Assembly: GCA_045803545.1 (NCBI GenBank)
Contig: JBJMOW010000005.1
Location: forward strand, 640,001-704,000
DNA length: 64,000 nucleotides
Reading direction: 5' to 3'
DNA from: Gemmatimonadaceae bacterium
GTDB lineage: Bacteria; Gemmatimonadota; Gemmatimonadetes; Gemmatimonadales; Gemmatimonadaceae
Positions within the stretch are counted from its first letter, which is position 1, and every line of letters starts with the position of its first letter. Shown here piece after piece: positions 9,125 to 18,991 of this stretch. Below the pieces are notes generated by a model that was given only the letters and a program-made list of their open reading frames with translations, made no database searches and was not told the origin of the DNA. The position numbers and the translations under genes are program-made.

Positions 9125-10460
9125 AATTCTGCTCGTGCTCCTGAACGCGTTCTTCGTCGGCGCCGAGTTCGCTCTTGTCCGCTCGCGTCGGACGCGCCTC
9201 GAGGCGATGACACGCAGCGGAGACCGACTTGCCCGCATTGCGTTGCGCGCCTCCTCAAATATCTCGCGCGTCCTCTCGGCGAGCCAGTTGGGAGTGACGC
9301 TCGCCAGCCTCGGCCTTGGCTGGGTCGCCGAATCCACAGTCGGCGAGATGTTTGCCAACCTCTTTGGCAGCCTTCCCTTCGGCCTCGATCTGTCGATGCG
9401 CCTGACGATCGGCGCGACGATCGCGCTGATCATAGTCACCTATCTGCACGTCGTGTTCGGTGAGCTGACGCCGAAGGCCGCCGCACTGAACCATCCTGAA
9501 ATCCTGGCGAAATGGCTTGCGCCACCGCTGCTCTTTTTTGCCTGGATTACCAAGCCGTTCACGTTTTTTCTGAACCGCTCATCGCAATTCATCCTGCGGA
9601 TGCTCGGCCAGGAGAAGGCGGGGAACGAAGAAGCGGTTCACTCGCCGGAGGAGATTCGCCTGCTCGTCGAGCAATCGACCGAGCGGGGCGAGATGCAGGC
9701 GCACGACGCCGACATGATCGACGCAGTGTTCGAGTTCTCCGAAAAAAATGCGCGCGAAGTCATGACGCCGCGCACAGAGCTCGTCGCGCTGCCGGTCGAG
9801 GCGACTCTATCCGACGTGCTTCAGGTCGTACAGGAAAGCGGATTGTCGCGCTACCCGGTGTACGACGAGTCTATCGACAACATTATTGGCGTGGTGCTGG
9901 CGAAGGATCTGTTGAAGCTCCTCGCTCCGCGCGCCAACACTGAAGCGTTTGACCTGCCATCGATCATGCGCCCAGTGCACGTGATACCGGGATCGCGCGA
10001 AGTCGAGGAAGTGCTCGCCGACTTCAAGCGGCTCAAGGAACACATGGCAATCGTGCTCGATGAATACGGCGGCACGGCGGGCGTGGTGACGATGGAAGAT
10101 CTACTCGAGGAGATAGTCGGCGAGATTCTCGACGAGTACGACACTCCCGAGGACGCCGAAGCACCGATGCACACCCGCGCAGGGGAGACTCTCGTCCCGG
10201 GAAGCACACACATCGGTGAGCTGAACGAGCATTTCGGCCTGTCCGTTCCCGACGAGGATTACACGACGATTGGCGGCTACGTGTTCGGGATGCTCGGACG
10301 ATTGCCGGTTGTTGGCGACCGCGTGATCGCCGGCGGCGCGATTTTCAGCGTGCGCGAGATGGACGGGCGGCGGATCGAGACGCTGGCTGTCGATCTCCAC
10401 TCCCTTGGCGATCGTCGCGCGACCGAGCGCGCGCCGCAATCGACGCGCACAGAAGCGTAG
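9102..10460 (+). CDS. CNNM/CorC-HlyC family (hemolysin-like) membrane protein with CBS domains
   Basis: [70 protein letters not shown]. Confidence 0.93.
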   Translation: MLGRLLAIILLVLLNAFFVGAEFALVRSRRTRLEAMTRSGDRLARIALRASSNISRVLSASQLGVTLASLGLGWVAESTVGEMFANLFGSLPFGLDLSMRLTIGATIALIIVTYLHVVFGELTPKAAALNHPEILAKWLAPPLLFFAWITKPFTFFLNRSSQFILRMLGQEKAGNEEAVHSPEEIRLLVEQSTERGEMQAHDADMIDAVFEFSEKNAREVMTPRTELVALPVEATLSDVLQVVQESGLSRYPVYDESIDNIIGVVLAKDLLKLLAPRANTEAFDLPSIMRPVHVIPGSREVEEVLADFKRLKEHMAIVLDEYGGTAGVVTMEDLLEEIVGEILDEYDTPEDAEAPMHTRAGETLVPGSTHIGELNEHFGLSVPDEDYTTIGGYVFGMLGRLPVVGDRVIAGGAIFSVREMDGRRIETLAVDLHSLGDRRATERAPQSTRTEA

Positions 10461-11301
10461 CCTCGATCATACTAGACGCGTCCGCCCTGTTCTGACCGGC
10501 GATGTCGAGCGCGGTGCCGTGATCCGGTGAAGTCCGAGGAAACGGCAGTCCGAGCGTGACGTTCACCGCGCTACCGAAGGACGCGACTTTGATTGCCGTC
10601 ATGCCGACGTCGTGGTAAGGCGCGATGACTGCATCGAATTCGCCACGCATTGCGCGCACGAACACGGTGTCGGCTGGAAAAGGCCCCGATAAGCGCCCGG
10701 ACCGCGCAGCCGGCTCGAGGATTCTCGCCTCTTCGTCGCCAAACCTGCCGCCGTCGCTGGCGTGCGGATTGAGCGCGCACAACGCGATCCTCGGCTCCGC
10801 AATACCGAACCAATCGCAGAGCCCGCTGCGGGTGATGTGAGCCGTCTCGACGATCACGTCGGCCGTCAGCGAGTCAATCGCCTCACGCAACGGCAGGTGC
10901 GTCGTCGCCAATACCACGCGCAGTTTCTCCGAGGCGAGCATCATCGCGACATTCGAGCGAGTGAGCTCGGCGAGCATCTCCGTATGACCGGGATAGTCAT
11001 AGCCACCAGCCAACAGTGCCTGCTTGTCGATTGGCGCCGTAACTATACCATCGACGTCGCCAGCTTTTGCCAACTCCACCGCGCGCTCGATTGCGAGTCC
11101 GCTCAAAGCACCAGCGAGCGCGGCGTCATCGGTCCGGCCCCATTTGCCCACCGAGATGTCGACGTGCGCGAACGAATTCTCCGGTCCGACCACTACAATG
11201 TCACAGCGCTCGCTGACCCACGGGTCAGCGAGCGCTTTGGTTACAACTTCGGGTCCGATGCCGCGGGGATCGCCCACGGTCATGGCGAGCCGTGTCTTCA
11301 C
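10345..11301 (-). CDS. pdxA: 4-hydroxythreonine-4-phosphate dehydrogenase
   Basis: GDPRGIGPE, GHTEML, LNPHA, PADT, YHDVG, RTSPDHGTALDIAG. Confidence 0.95.
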   Translation of the reverse strand: MKTRLAMTVGDPRGIGPEVVTKALADPWVSERCDIVVVGPENSFAHVDISVGKWGRTDDAALAGALSGLAIERAVELAKAGDVDGIVTAPIDKQALLAGGYDYPGHTEMLAELTRSNVAMMLASEKLRVVLATTHLPLREAIDSLTADVIVETAHITRSGLCDWFGIAEPRIALCALNPHASDGGRFGDEEARILEPAARSGRLSGPFPADTVFVRAMRGEFDAVIAPYHDVGMTAIKVASFGSAVNVTLGLPFPRTSPDHGTALDIAGQNRADASSMIEATLLCASIAARARSRDDRQGSGDRQPASRSAARPSRAR

Positions 11302-12623
11302 AACCTTATTGCGACGTAGGTCTGCTTGCGTAGTTCGTCGAGCAGGGCGCGAATCGACCGTTCGTCCGAAAGCTGCTGACGGATCTGATCGCGAATCTCG
11401 CTTTCCTTGTACTCACCGGCTTCGGTCAGAGTGACCACCTGCAGTACGGCGAACTTCGGAGCGCCGCGCGGATTGGCGAGCTGAAACGGCTCGGTAATGC
11501 TGCCCGCCTTCGCACCAGCGAGCGCACCGCCATAGGACGCGGGCAATGAATCGCGCGGAAACGGCTGCAGGACGCCTTTCTCTTCGGTCGGGTCGTGATA
11601 CTTCTTGACCAGCGAATCGTACGGCACGCCACGCCGCCACGCGGCGGCGAGAGTGTCCGCCTCGATTCTAGCGCGCGCAACATCCGCCGAATCGATTTCC
11701 GGAGCTATCAGAATGTGACGGGCTTTCACTTCCGCCGACTGCACGCGATCGACGCGAATGATGTGATAGCCGAAAGCCGTTTCTACCACGGGACTCACTT
11801 CGCCCGGGCGAAGCGCGAACATCACCGCCTCGAATTCCGGAACCAGTCCACCGCCGCGACGGTTCCAGCCCAGATCGCCACCCAGCTGCTTGGTGCTGGG
11901 GTCCATCGACTCGCGTTTGGCGATCTGCTCGAAATCTCCGCCCTTACGAATCTCGGCTAGCAATGAATCAGCGCGCGCTTTCGCTTTCGCCTTCGCCGCC
12001 GGTGACGCATGGGGCGCGACGACGATCTGGCGGAAGGTCACTGTTGCCGGCCGCTTCTGGAGATCGGTCTTGCTGCGCTCGAAGGCAGCGCTGACTTCCT
12101 CATCGCTGACGTTCACCGGCTTTGCTTTCTTTTTCAGCTCGGCAAAAGCCTTCTGTTGAAACTGCTGACGGCGGTACTGATCGATGAGCGACTTTCGATA
12201 TTCATCGGGACTTCCCAGCCCGGCTTTGCGCAGCTCGTTGCGGTACTCCTCGTCGGTCTGGAATTGTGAGCGCACCTGCTTGATCTGGCGATCGGCGGCC
12301 GACGTGACGTCCGACTCGACGACCTCGAGCTTCATCTCCTTCGCCTTCTGAACGAGAATCTCCTCGTCGATCAGCTCACCAAGGACCTGATGGGCGAGGG
12401 TGGCCTGCCCCGCCGAGTCCGGCGGCAGCTGCATGCCCTGCGCACGGCGCTGGTTGATAGCGGTGAGAACGTCGCTCCACAAGAGCGGTTGATCGCCAAC
12501 GATGGCGACCACTTTGTCGATTGGCAGCGCCGACGGCACCGGACGCGCAGCCGTTATTGCCGGCGTCTGTGCTGCAAGGCCCACCGGCAGCAGCACTGCC
12601 GCGGCTAGAAGTCGTTTGATCAT
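11298..12623 (-). CDS. surA: SurA-like periplasmic peptidyl-prolyl isomerase/chaperone
   Basis: Signal peptide, IDKVVAIVG SurA N-domain, parvulin GGDLGW...TAFGYHII; directly upstream of pdxA. Confidence 0.8.
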   Translation of the reverse strand: MIKRLLAAAVLLPVGLAAQTPAITAARPVPSALPIDKVVAIVGDQPLLWSDVLTAINQRRAQGMQLPPDSAGQATLAHQVLGELIDEEILVQKAKEMKLEVVESDVTSAADRQIKQVRSQFQTDEEYRNELRKAGLGSPDEYRKSLIDQYRRQQFQQKAFAELKKKAKPVNVSDEEVSAAFERSKTDLQKRPATVTFRQIVVAPHASPAAKAKAKARADSLLAEIRKGGDFEQIAKRESMDPSTKQLGGDLGWNRRGGGLVPEFEAVMFALRPGEVSPVVETAFGYHIIRVDRVQSAEVKARHILIAPEIDSADVARARIEADTLAAAWRRGVPYDSLVKKYHDPTEEKGVLQPFPRDSLPASYGGALAGAKAGSITEPFQLANPRGAPKFAVLQVVTLTEAGEYKESEIRDQIRQQLSDERSIRALLDELRKQTYVAIRL

Positions 12624-12663
12624 TTCACTTCCTACCCCGCCCATAATCAGCGGTTCGCTGTCA

Positions 12664-14106
12664 TCAACGTTGTGTCGATGACGCAGCCGGCGGCGCCGCC
12701 GGATTCAGCGGAACGGCGGTCGATGGCTGACCAGACGAGCGCGCCGAATCAGCGCTGCTTCGAATCTTCGACGCTTCCTGAACTGCCCTGTCGAACCCTG
12801 CATCGTTCAGCGAGTTCTTGTACTTCTCCCGCAGAATGTTTGAAACGGGAGTCGGAACCGGCACGAACGGCGCCTGCTCCTGAATCATGCGCGCGAAGTA
12901 TTCGTCAATTCGACGGGCGGCGAGCTTCTCCTTGTCGCCGCCGCCCTTTGCGCTGTCAGCAAGCGCCTGGGGATTAACCCCGAGCTGGGACCACGCGTTC
13001 TGCACTGCGTTGACGAACTGGGAGTGAAGCTGGGTGAGCTCTGCCGGATCAATCGTGATCTTTGCGCTGTCAGCCTGCTTCAACACAAGCTCATTCCTGA
13101 CGAACGTGCGGACGAGCTGAATGAGCATCGAGTCGGGCGAATTACGAATCTGGTCGAGGATGCGCGCCTGCGGCGGCAAAGTCTCCAGCCAGCCAACGAG
13201 TCGTGAGGTCGTGAATTTGCCAGCGGTCGAAGTGGCGAGGACCGTGTTATCCCGACGATAGGCGTCAGGATCGTTCCCAAGGGCGCGAATGGTCGCCACC
13301 GAGCCTTTCTTCACTTCGATCTTGCCGTCCTGTTCCAGCTTGGCGAGGTAGGTGCTCTCGGCAACCGCAACGCTACGACCCTTGGACGCCTGCAGCAACT
13401 GACCTCTGATCTGGTCGAAAGTCGGCCGGCGGATGATGTGATAGCCGTACGGCGTCTCGATGACAGGCGAGATCTCACCCGGCTTGAGAGCGACAAGCGC
13501 TTTCTCGAACTCAGGCACCATCTGACCGGCCGGGAAAATTCCCAACGAGCCACCATTGCGAGCGCTTCCCGGATCCTGGCTGTTCGTCTTCGCAAGGTCG
13601 GCGAAGTTCGCGGCGGTGACCCGTGCACGAAGCGCGTCAGCTTTTTTCTTGACGTCGGCCTTCTGCGTCGGATTCATGCCCTGCGTCAGCAGCAGAATAT
13701 GCTCAGCGGCGAGAATCTGCCCCGTTTCCCACTGGCGTTGCGCGGCGCTGCTGTCTTCAGTGCCCCAGTTCTTGGAAACCACCTGGTACCATTTGCGGGC
13801 CTTCATGTTGGCGATTGCCGGCCACATCACTTCGTCGATCGTTTTTGGATCGTTAAGTGAGTCGTTGTGGGCAGCAGCCTGCCCCAGCAGTTGATAATCG
13901 ACCCACACGTTAGCCATCGACTTGGCGATGTCCTTCCGCACCGGAGCGCGTGATTTGCCGAGCAACGTGGCGAGCTTCGTGACAGTGAGCTCGGCGACAC
14001 CGCCGCGGGCAACCCAGTCGGTGTGCGCGTTGAGCGCATCTCGCAGGCCCGAGCAAGCCGAAAGTGTAACGACCGCAAGCGCGGCCACAGCGAAATTCAG
14101 TCTCAT
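12664..14106 (-). CDS. Parvulin-type peptidyl-prolyl isomerase lipoprotein
   Basis: Lipobox LSAC; AEHILL, SQDPGSARNGGSLG, MVPEFE, TPYGYHII. Confidence 0.88.
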   Translation of the reverse strand: MRLNFAVAALAVVTLSACSGLRDALNAHTDWVARGGVAELTVTKLATLLGKSRAPVRKDIAKSMANVWVDYQLLGQAAAHNDSLNDPKTIDEVMWPAIANMKARKWYQVVSKNWGTEDSSAAQRQWETGQILAAEHILLLTQGMNPTQKADVKKKADALRARVTAANFADLAKTNSQDPGSARNGGSLGIFPAGQMVPEFEKALVALKPGEISPVIETPYGYHIIRRPTFDQIRGQLLQASKGRSVAVAESTYLAKLEQDGKIEVKKGSVATIRALGNDPDAYRRDNTVLATSTAGKFTTSRLVGWLETLPPQARILDQIRNSPDSMLIQLVRTFVRNELVLKQADSAKITIDPAELTQLHSQFVNAVQNAWSQLGVNPQALADSAKGGGDKEKLAARRIDEYFARMIQEQAPFVPVPTPVSNILREKYKNSLNDAGFDRAVQEASKIRSSADSARSSGQPSTAVPLNPAAPPAASSTQR

Positions 14107-14128
14107 GTTTCCGTCGTACGTGTTTTGG

Positions 14129-17100
14129 TCAGGTGGGCCGCAGTGTCGTGAGCGCACGGACTAATCCATCGAGCATCTCAGCTCCTCCAAGTCGGGTGAG
14201 CTTGAGCGCCAGCGGATGCGCACGTCGCACCTCCGCCTGGAACTGTACCTCGTGGAACGCCGCCGAAATCCCCTTCATCCGGGGCACCGCATGCTCGCGA
14301 AAGGTAATACGGGCCTCATTTCCGCGCACCAGCACAGACTCTATGTCAGACGCGCCGCCCAGGATGCGGAGCAAGGCGACCGCAAAGAAGCTTTGCGCCG
14401 GCTCGGGGAGCGGGCCGAAGCGATCGCGCAGCTCCGCTCTCAGCGCCTCTACTTCCGCGATGTCCGTCATGTGTGTCATCCGTCGATAGATATCGAGCTT
14501 CGCGTCCTGCGAGTTGATGTAATCGTCGGGCAGATACGACGGTGTGTCGACTGAGATTTCAGAGGGTTGCAGCCGTGGTGCCTCATCGCCGCGCATCACA
14601 CGCTTGACGGTTTCGTCGAGCATGCGAAGGTACATGTCGAAGCCCACAGCGTGTACGAAGCCGGATTGCTCAGGGCCGAGCAGGTTGCCAGCACCGCGGA
14701 GCTCGAGATCCTTGAGGGCTATTTGATAGCCGGCGCCAAGCTGAGTGTGGTGCTCGAGAATTGTCAGACGACGATTGGCATCTTCGTCAATCGAATCCGG
14801 AACGAGCAGGTAACAGCTGGCGCGGCGGTGCGACCGCCCGACGCGGCCGCGCAGCTGATAGAGCTGCGCCAACCCAAACATGTCCGCGCGGTTGACGAAC
14901 ATCGTGTTCGCATTCGGCACGTCGAGACCGGATTCGACGATCATGGTGGAAACGAGCACGTCGATCTCGCCGTTTACGAAACTGCGCATCACGGTCTCGA
15001 GGTCACGCTCGCGCATCTGACCGTGTCCGACGCCGATTCGCGCCCGCGGCACGACGCGGCGAATGTGATCGGCCATCCCGTCGATGGTTTCGATTCGGTT
15101 GTGAACGAAGAAAACCTGTCCGCCACGATCCAGCTCGCGAGAGATGCCCTCGTCGATCAAACCGTCATCCCATGGCTCGACGTAGGTGAGCACCGGCGAG
15201 CGATCTCGCGGGGGCGTCTGCATCAAGGTCATGTCACGCAGCCCGGCGAGCGAAAGGTGCAGCGTGCGCGGGATTGGCGTGGCGGTCAGTGTCAACACAT
15301 CGGTCTCCAGTCGGAGCCTTTTGAGCCTCTCCTTGTGTTTGACACCAAAGCGATGCTCCTCGTCGATCACGATCAATCCGAGATTGGAGAAGTGAACGTC
15401 AGCGCTCAGTAGACGGTGGGTACCGATGACGATGTCCACCTTTCCAGCTTTGAGGTCGGCGAGAATCGCCGCCTGTTCTTTGGCCGACTGAAAGCGGCTG
15501 AGTGTCTGGACGTTTATAGGAAAATCAGCCAGTCGATCACCGAACGTACGCGAGTGTTGGTCGGCCAGAATGGTCGTCGGGACGAGCACGACGACCTGGC
15601 GGTCGCTCTGCACTGCTTTGAACGCAGCTCGCACCGCGATTTCAGTCTTGCCGTAACCGACGTCACCGACGAGCAGTCGATCCATTGGTCGCGGCTTCTC
15701 CATATCACCTTTCACATCTGTCGTCGCCGTGCGCTGGTCGGGCGTGTCCTCGAACAGAAACGAGGACTCCAGCTGGCGCTGCCAGACCGTGTCGGGGACG
15801 TGGGCCGGCCGCGTCGCAACCTTTCTCCGGGCGTAAAGGTCGAGCAGCTCGACGGTCATCTCCTGAATCGCGGCGCGTGTTTTATCACGTTGCGTCGCCC
15901 AGCGCCTGCCGCCGAGTGAATGGAGGCGCGGCGGTAGTGCCTCCGAGGAGATGTCGTCCGCCGAGCGATAGCGCTCGATCTGATCGATGCGATAGAGAGG
16001 GACGTTGAGTCGGTCGCCGCCTTCGTACTCGATGACGGCGACCTCGACGGTACTCTCGCGGACAAAAATCTTCTCCATGCCGCGATAGATGCCGACGCCA
16101 TGCTCGAGATGAACGACGTAATCACCTGATTTGAGCGCGGTGAGGCTTTCGAGCGCGCTACCAGTCGCGTAGCGACGTGCGCGGCGGAAGCGCCGTTCAC
16201 GTCGGAAGATTTCGTGATCGGTAAAAACCCGATAGCCGTGGAAGCTCTCCCCACGCGGCGGAATCACGAAGCCGCCATCGAGGACTCCAATCGCAAGAGT
16301 CGCCGGCGACACGTGGTCGTCGTTGAGCAGCTCATCGAGTCGTTCCGCCTGTCCAGCGTTGTCGCAAAGAATTACGGTCGGAATGCCGTCTGCGACGATT
16401 TGCTTGAGGCGCTTGATGTCCCGTCCGATTTCCTCGGGCGGTCGAAACGGGAACGCGATTGACGGCTGTTCGCCGGATAAATCAATGGTCCCGAAACCGC
16501 CGACCGCGCTCAGAGTTACCTCGGGCGCCTCGAACAGCTCGTCGCGACTCGGAGTGTCTTCTCCGCGGCGACGCGCGAGATCGATGTGGTGCTGCGCCTC
16601 GGCCCATGTGCGCTCCATCTCGGGCCTGAGGTGCGTGCCATGCGGCACCACGAAGACGGTATCGGGCGGAAAGAGCGCGCGGATCGAGGACCGCTCGGGC
16701 TCGACGTCCCCAGCTTTGATTTGACCGTCGACCGGAAGGATCAGCGCGAGCTCGGCGTCGCGCGTCGAACGCTGGGTGAGGAGGTCGAAATGGCGAAGCT
16801 CGGTAATCTCGTCACCCCAGAACTCCAGGCGCACCGGTTCGGCCATTCCGAAGCTGTAGATGTCGAAGATTCCGCCACGCACGCTGAACTGCGCGACATC
16901 CTCGACCATGTCTACTCGCTCAAACCCGATGGCCTCGAGATGCTCGGCGAGGGACTCTGGACGTCGGGTGTCGCCTTTACGAATCTCGAGGCGAGCCGAG
17001 GCGAGAGCGCGCGGGAGCTGAGTGCGTTCGAGCAGCGCGCGACTCGTAGTTACTACTATACGTAAGTCGCCGCGTCCGATCCGCTCTAGGGTTTCCACTC

Positions 17101-17410
17101 GTTCGCCGGCGATTTCGGCGTGAGCCTCCGCTTCTCCAAAGCTTTCACGCGGCGGATAGAACGCGACCCCTGCGGGCTCGACGAGGGTGGTGAGATCGGC
17201 CAGCCAGCGCTCAGAGTCGGCGACGTCGTCGCTGACAACAACAAAGAATCTCTGGCGAAGGGCTTCGGTCAGCGCGGCGAGAAGAACGGCATCTGACGAT
17301 CCGTGGAGCCCGCCTACGACGCAACGCGCGCCAGGACCCGGGACGTTCTCCTGCAGCTCGCGAAATTCGGGCAGTATTTCAATGAGCGAGAGCAGTTGTG
17401 GGAGCGGCAT
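14129..17410 (-). CDS. mfd: Transcription-repair coupling factor
   Basis: VRGGIFDIY, GDYVVHLEHGVG, GDVGYGKTE, DEEHRFGV, TATPIPRTL, QLRGRVGR, DLELRGAGNLLG. Confidence 0.97.
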   Translation of the reverse strand: MPLPQLLSLIEILPEFRELQENVPGPGARCVVGGLHGSSDAVLLAALTEALRQRFFVVVSDDVADSERWLADLTTLVEPAGVAFYPPRESFGEAEAHAEIAGERVETLERIGRGDLRIVVTTSRALLERTQLPRALASARLEIRKGDTRRPESLAEHLEAIGFERVDMVEDVAQFSVRGGIFDIYSFGMAEPVRLEFWGDEITELRHFDLLTQRSTRDAELALILPVDGQIKAGDVEPERSSIRALFPPDTVFVVPHGTHLRPEMERTWAEAQHHIDLARRRGEDTPSRDELFEAPEVTLSAVGGFGTIDLSGEQPSIAFPFRPPEEIGRDIKRLKQIVADGIPTVILCDNAGQAERLDELLNDDHVSPATLAIGVLDGGFVIPPRGESFHGYRVFTDHEIFRRERRFRRARRYATGSALESLTALKSGDYVVHLEHGVGIYRGMEKIFVRESTVEVAVIEYEGGDRLNVPLYRIDQIERYRSADDISSEALPPRLHSLGGRRWATQRDKTRAAIQEMTVELLDLYARRKVATRPAHVPDTVWQRQLESSFLFEDTPDQRTATTDVKGDMEKPRPMDRLLVGDVGYGKTEIAVRAAFKAVQSDRQVVVLVPTTILADQHSRTFGDRLADFPINVQTLSRFQSAKEQAAILADLKAGKVDIVIGTHRLLSADVHFSNLGLIVIDEEHRFGVKHKERLKRLRLETDVLTLTATPIPRTLHLSLAGLRDMTLMQTPPRDRSPVLTYVEPWDDGLIDEGISRELDRGGQVFFVHNRIETIDGMADHIRRVVPRARIGVGHGQMRERDLETVMRSFVNGEIDVLVSTMIVESGLDVPNANTMFVNRADMFGLAQLYQLRGRVGRSHRRASCYLLVPDSIDEDANRRLTILEHHTQLGAGYQIALKDLELRGAGNLLGPEQSGFVHAVGFDMYLRMLDETVKRVMRGDEAPRLQPSEISVDTPSYLPDDYINSQDAKLDIYRRMTHMTDIAEVEALRAELRDRFGPLPEPAQSFFAVALLRILGGASDIESVLVRGNEARITFREHAVPRMKGISAAFHEVQFQAEVRRAHPLALKLTRLGGAEMLDGLVRALTTLRPT

Positions 17411-17542
17411 GGCGGAAGCTAAAGCAGGCTGGAAGCAACGGGCGCAACGGGCACGGGTAGTGGTACGTAAACATAATGGGGAACTCGGGCTTGACCTTTA
17501 CCATTGCAAAGCTCCAAATTGTATACAAACATCGGAGGGAAT

Positions 17543-18871
17543 ATGCGGGCAACTAAGATCGGAAGCGCGCTGGGGTCGTTAGTCTTATTGCTCGGGTTTG
17601 GTACCTCCTCTGCGAGCGCGCAGGCGCGCCGCGGGCCGCCGATCATCCGGATTTATTCGGACAACGGCGTCGACTACGTAGGCACGAGCAGCTACATCAC
17701 TCCGCGCATCGAGCTGTCCGAGAACGCGTACGTCTTCGCGCTCGAGATGGACATGGACGGCCAGATTCAGGTTCTCCACCCTGACTTCCCTGGCATCTCG
17801 GTAAGAATCGCCGCTAACAAGGCGTTACGGCTTCCGAATTTCTTTGCCGGATTCAGCAGCTCCCACTACGGCGGAACCGCGTACGACGCCAGCTACAATG
17901 GTTACAGCAGTTACGGGAATGATGATTCGCGCGGAACTGTGATTGCGCTGGCATCGCGCGCACCCTTCAACCTCGAGAAAATCGAGAGCGGCGGCGACTG
18001 GGACGTTAGTGCGATTCGACGTCTGATCGAGAATCGCTCACCCCTCAATGCAGCTGCAGTTCTGGCGCAATATCTCGGGCAGGCCGGTGAGCAGATTGGA
18101 CGCGACTACCTGCGCTTCGACGGCGGTAACCGTTTCGGATACCCGTACTATGCCAACGCGTACGATAGCTACTACTCCTCGTGCGCCGGATTCTACGGGT
18201 ACAACGTTCTCCCCTCGTACGTTCTGCGGCAACTTCAAGCGTTCGCGCTTTATACGCGGCTTCGCGGAACGGGACAGGGGCGGGCATTGCTTGGCTTCGA
18301 CGCCTGCGGCTCTCCGATTTTCATCGGCGGCGGCGTCGTCAATGGAGGTCAGCAGACACCGGTCGGCCACTTCCCGCCACCGCGCGGTCACGGCGACACC
18401 ACTGTGTTCCCGAAATCCAGGCTTCCGAGGACGGCGCCTGTTCCGCGTGGAAGCGGGGGAACGACGGTATTCGCCAATGCGCTCGACGCGAGTATGCCGG
18501 TGACGCGTCAGGGTGCGTTGCCGCGGATGGGTGATGTCACGGTGAAGGCGAGCCCCACCGGTCGGCGCGGCGAGCCCCGTGTGTACCTCCAGGATTACAA
18601 CGGAGGAAGCATGAGTGCCCCACTCGGAAGAGTGCCGGTCGAACGGACAATCGTTCCGCGCGGGGCAGTTTCGGGTGGCGGGCTCCAAAGTGTTCCGACG
18701 AATCGCGGCGAGCCGAGGGTCGAGTCAGCGCCGGCAAGAATGCCCGAGCGGACGTCGCCGCCACCGGTAATTCATGAGCGGCCATCGTCTCCGCCACCGC
18801 CGCCGCCAAGATCGGAGCCGTCTACGAGATCGGATCCGCCGCGCCAGCCTCCACCGTCGCGCGGACACTAA
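17543..18871 (+). CDS. Secreted DUF4384-like protein with Tyr/Gly-rich middle and Pro-rich tail
   Basis: GGAGG RBS, signal peptide, NAYVFALEMDMDGQIQVLHP...GTVIALASRAPF, PPPPPP tail. Confidence 0.65.
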   Translation: MRATKIGSALGSLVLLLGFGTSSASAQARRGPPIIRIYSDNGVDYVGTSSYITPRIELSENAYVFALEMDMDGQIQVLHPDFPGISVRIAANKALRLPNFFAGFSSSHYGGTAYDASYNGYSSYGNDDSRGTVIALASRAPFNLEKIESGGDWDVSAIRRLIENRSPLNAAAVLAQYLGQAGEQIGRDYLRFDGGNRFGYPYYANAYDSYYSSCAGFYGYNVLPSYVLRQLQAFALYTRLRGTGQGRALLGFDACGSPIFIGGGVVNGGQQTPVGHFPPPRGHGDTTVFPKSRLPRTAPVPRGSGGTTVFANALDASMPVTRQGALPRMGDVTVKASPTGRRGEPRVYLQDYNGGSMSAPLGRVPVERTIVPRGAVSGGGLQSVPTNRGEPRVESAPARMPERTSPPPVIHERPSSPPPPPPRSEPSTRSDPPRQPPPSRGH

Positions 18872-18884
18872 CAGGCTGAGATCG

Positions 18885-18918
18885 AAAAAGGGCTGCGATT
18901 CGCAGCCCTTTTTTCTTT
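18885..18918 (+). terminator. Rho-independent terminator (possibly bidirectional)
   Basis: aaaaagggctgcg-att-cgcagcccttttttcttt. Confidence 0.85.
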
Positions 18919-18991
18919 GGCGGGGCTCTGGAAGCTAAGGATTATATTTCTGAGCTCCTCCCTCGTTCTCCCGCAAAAGTCAGAGTTCTGT

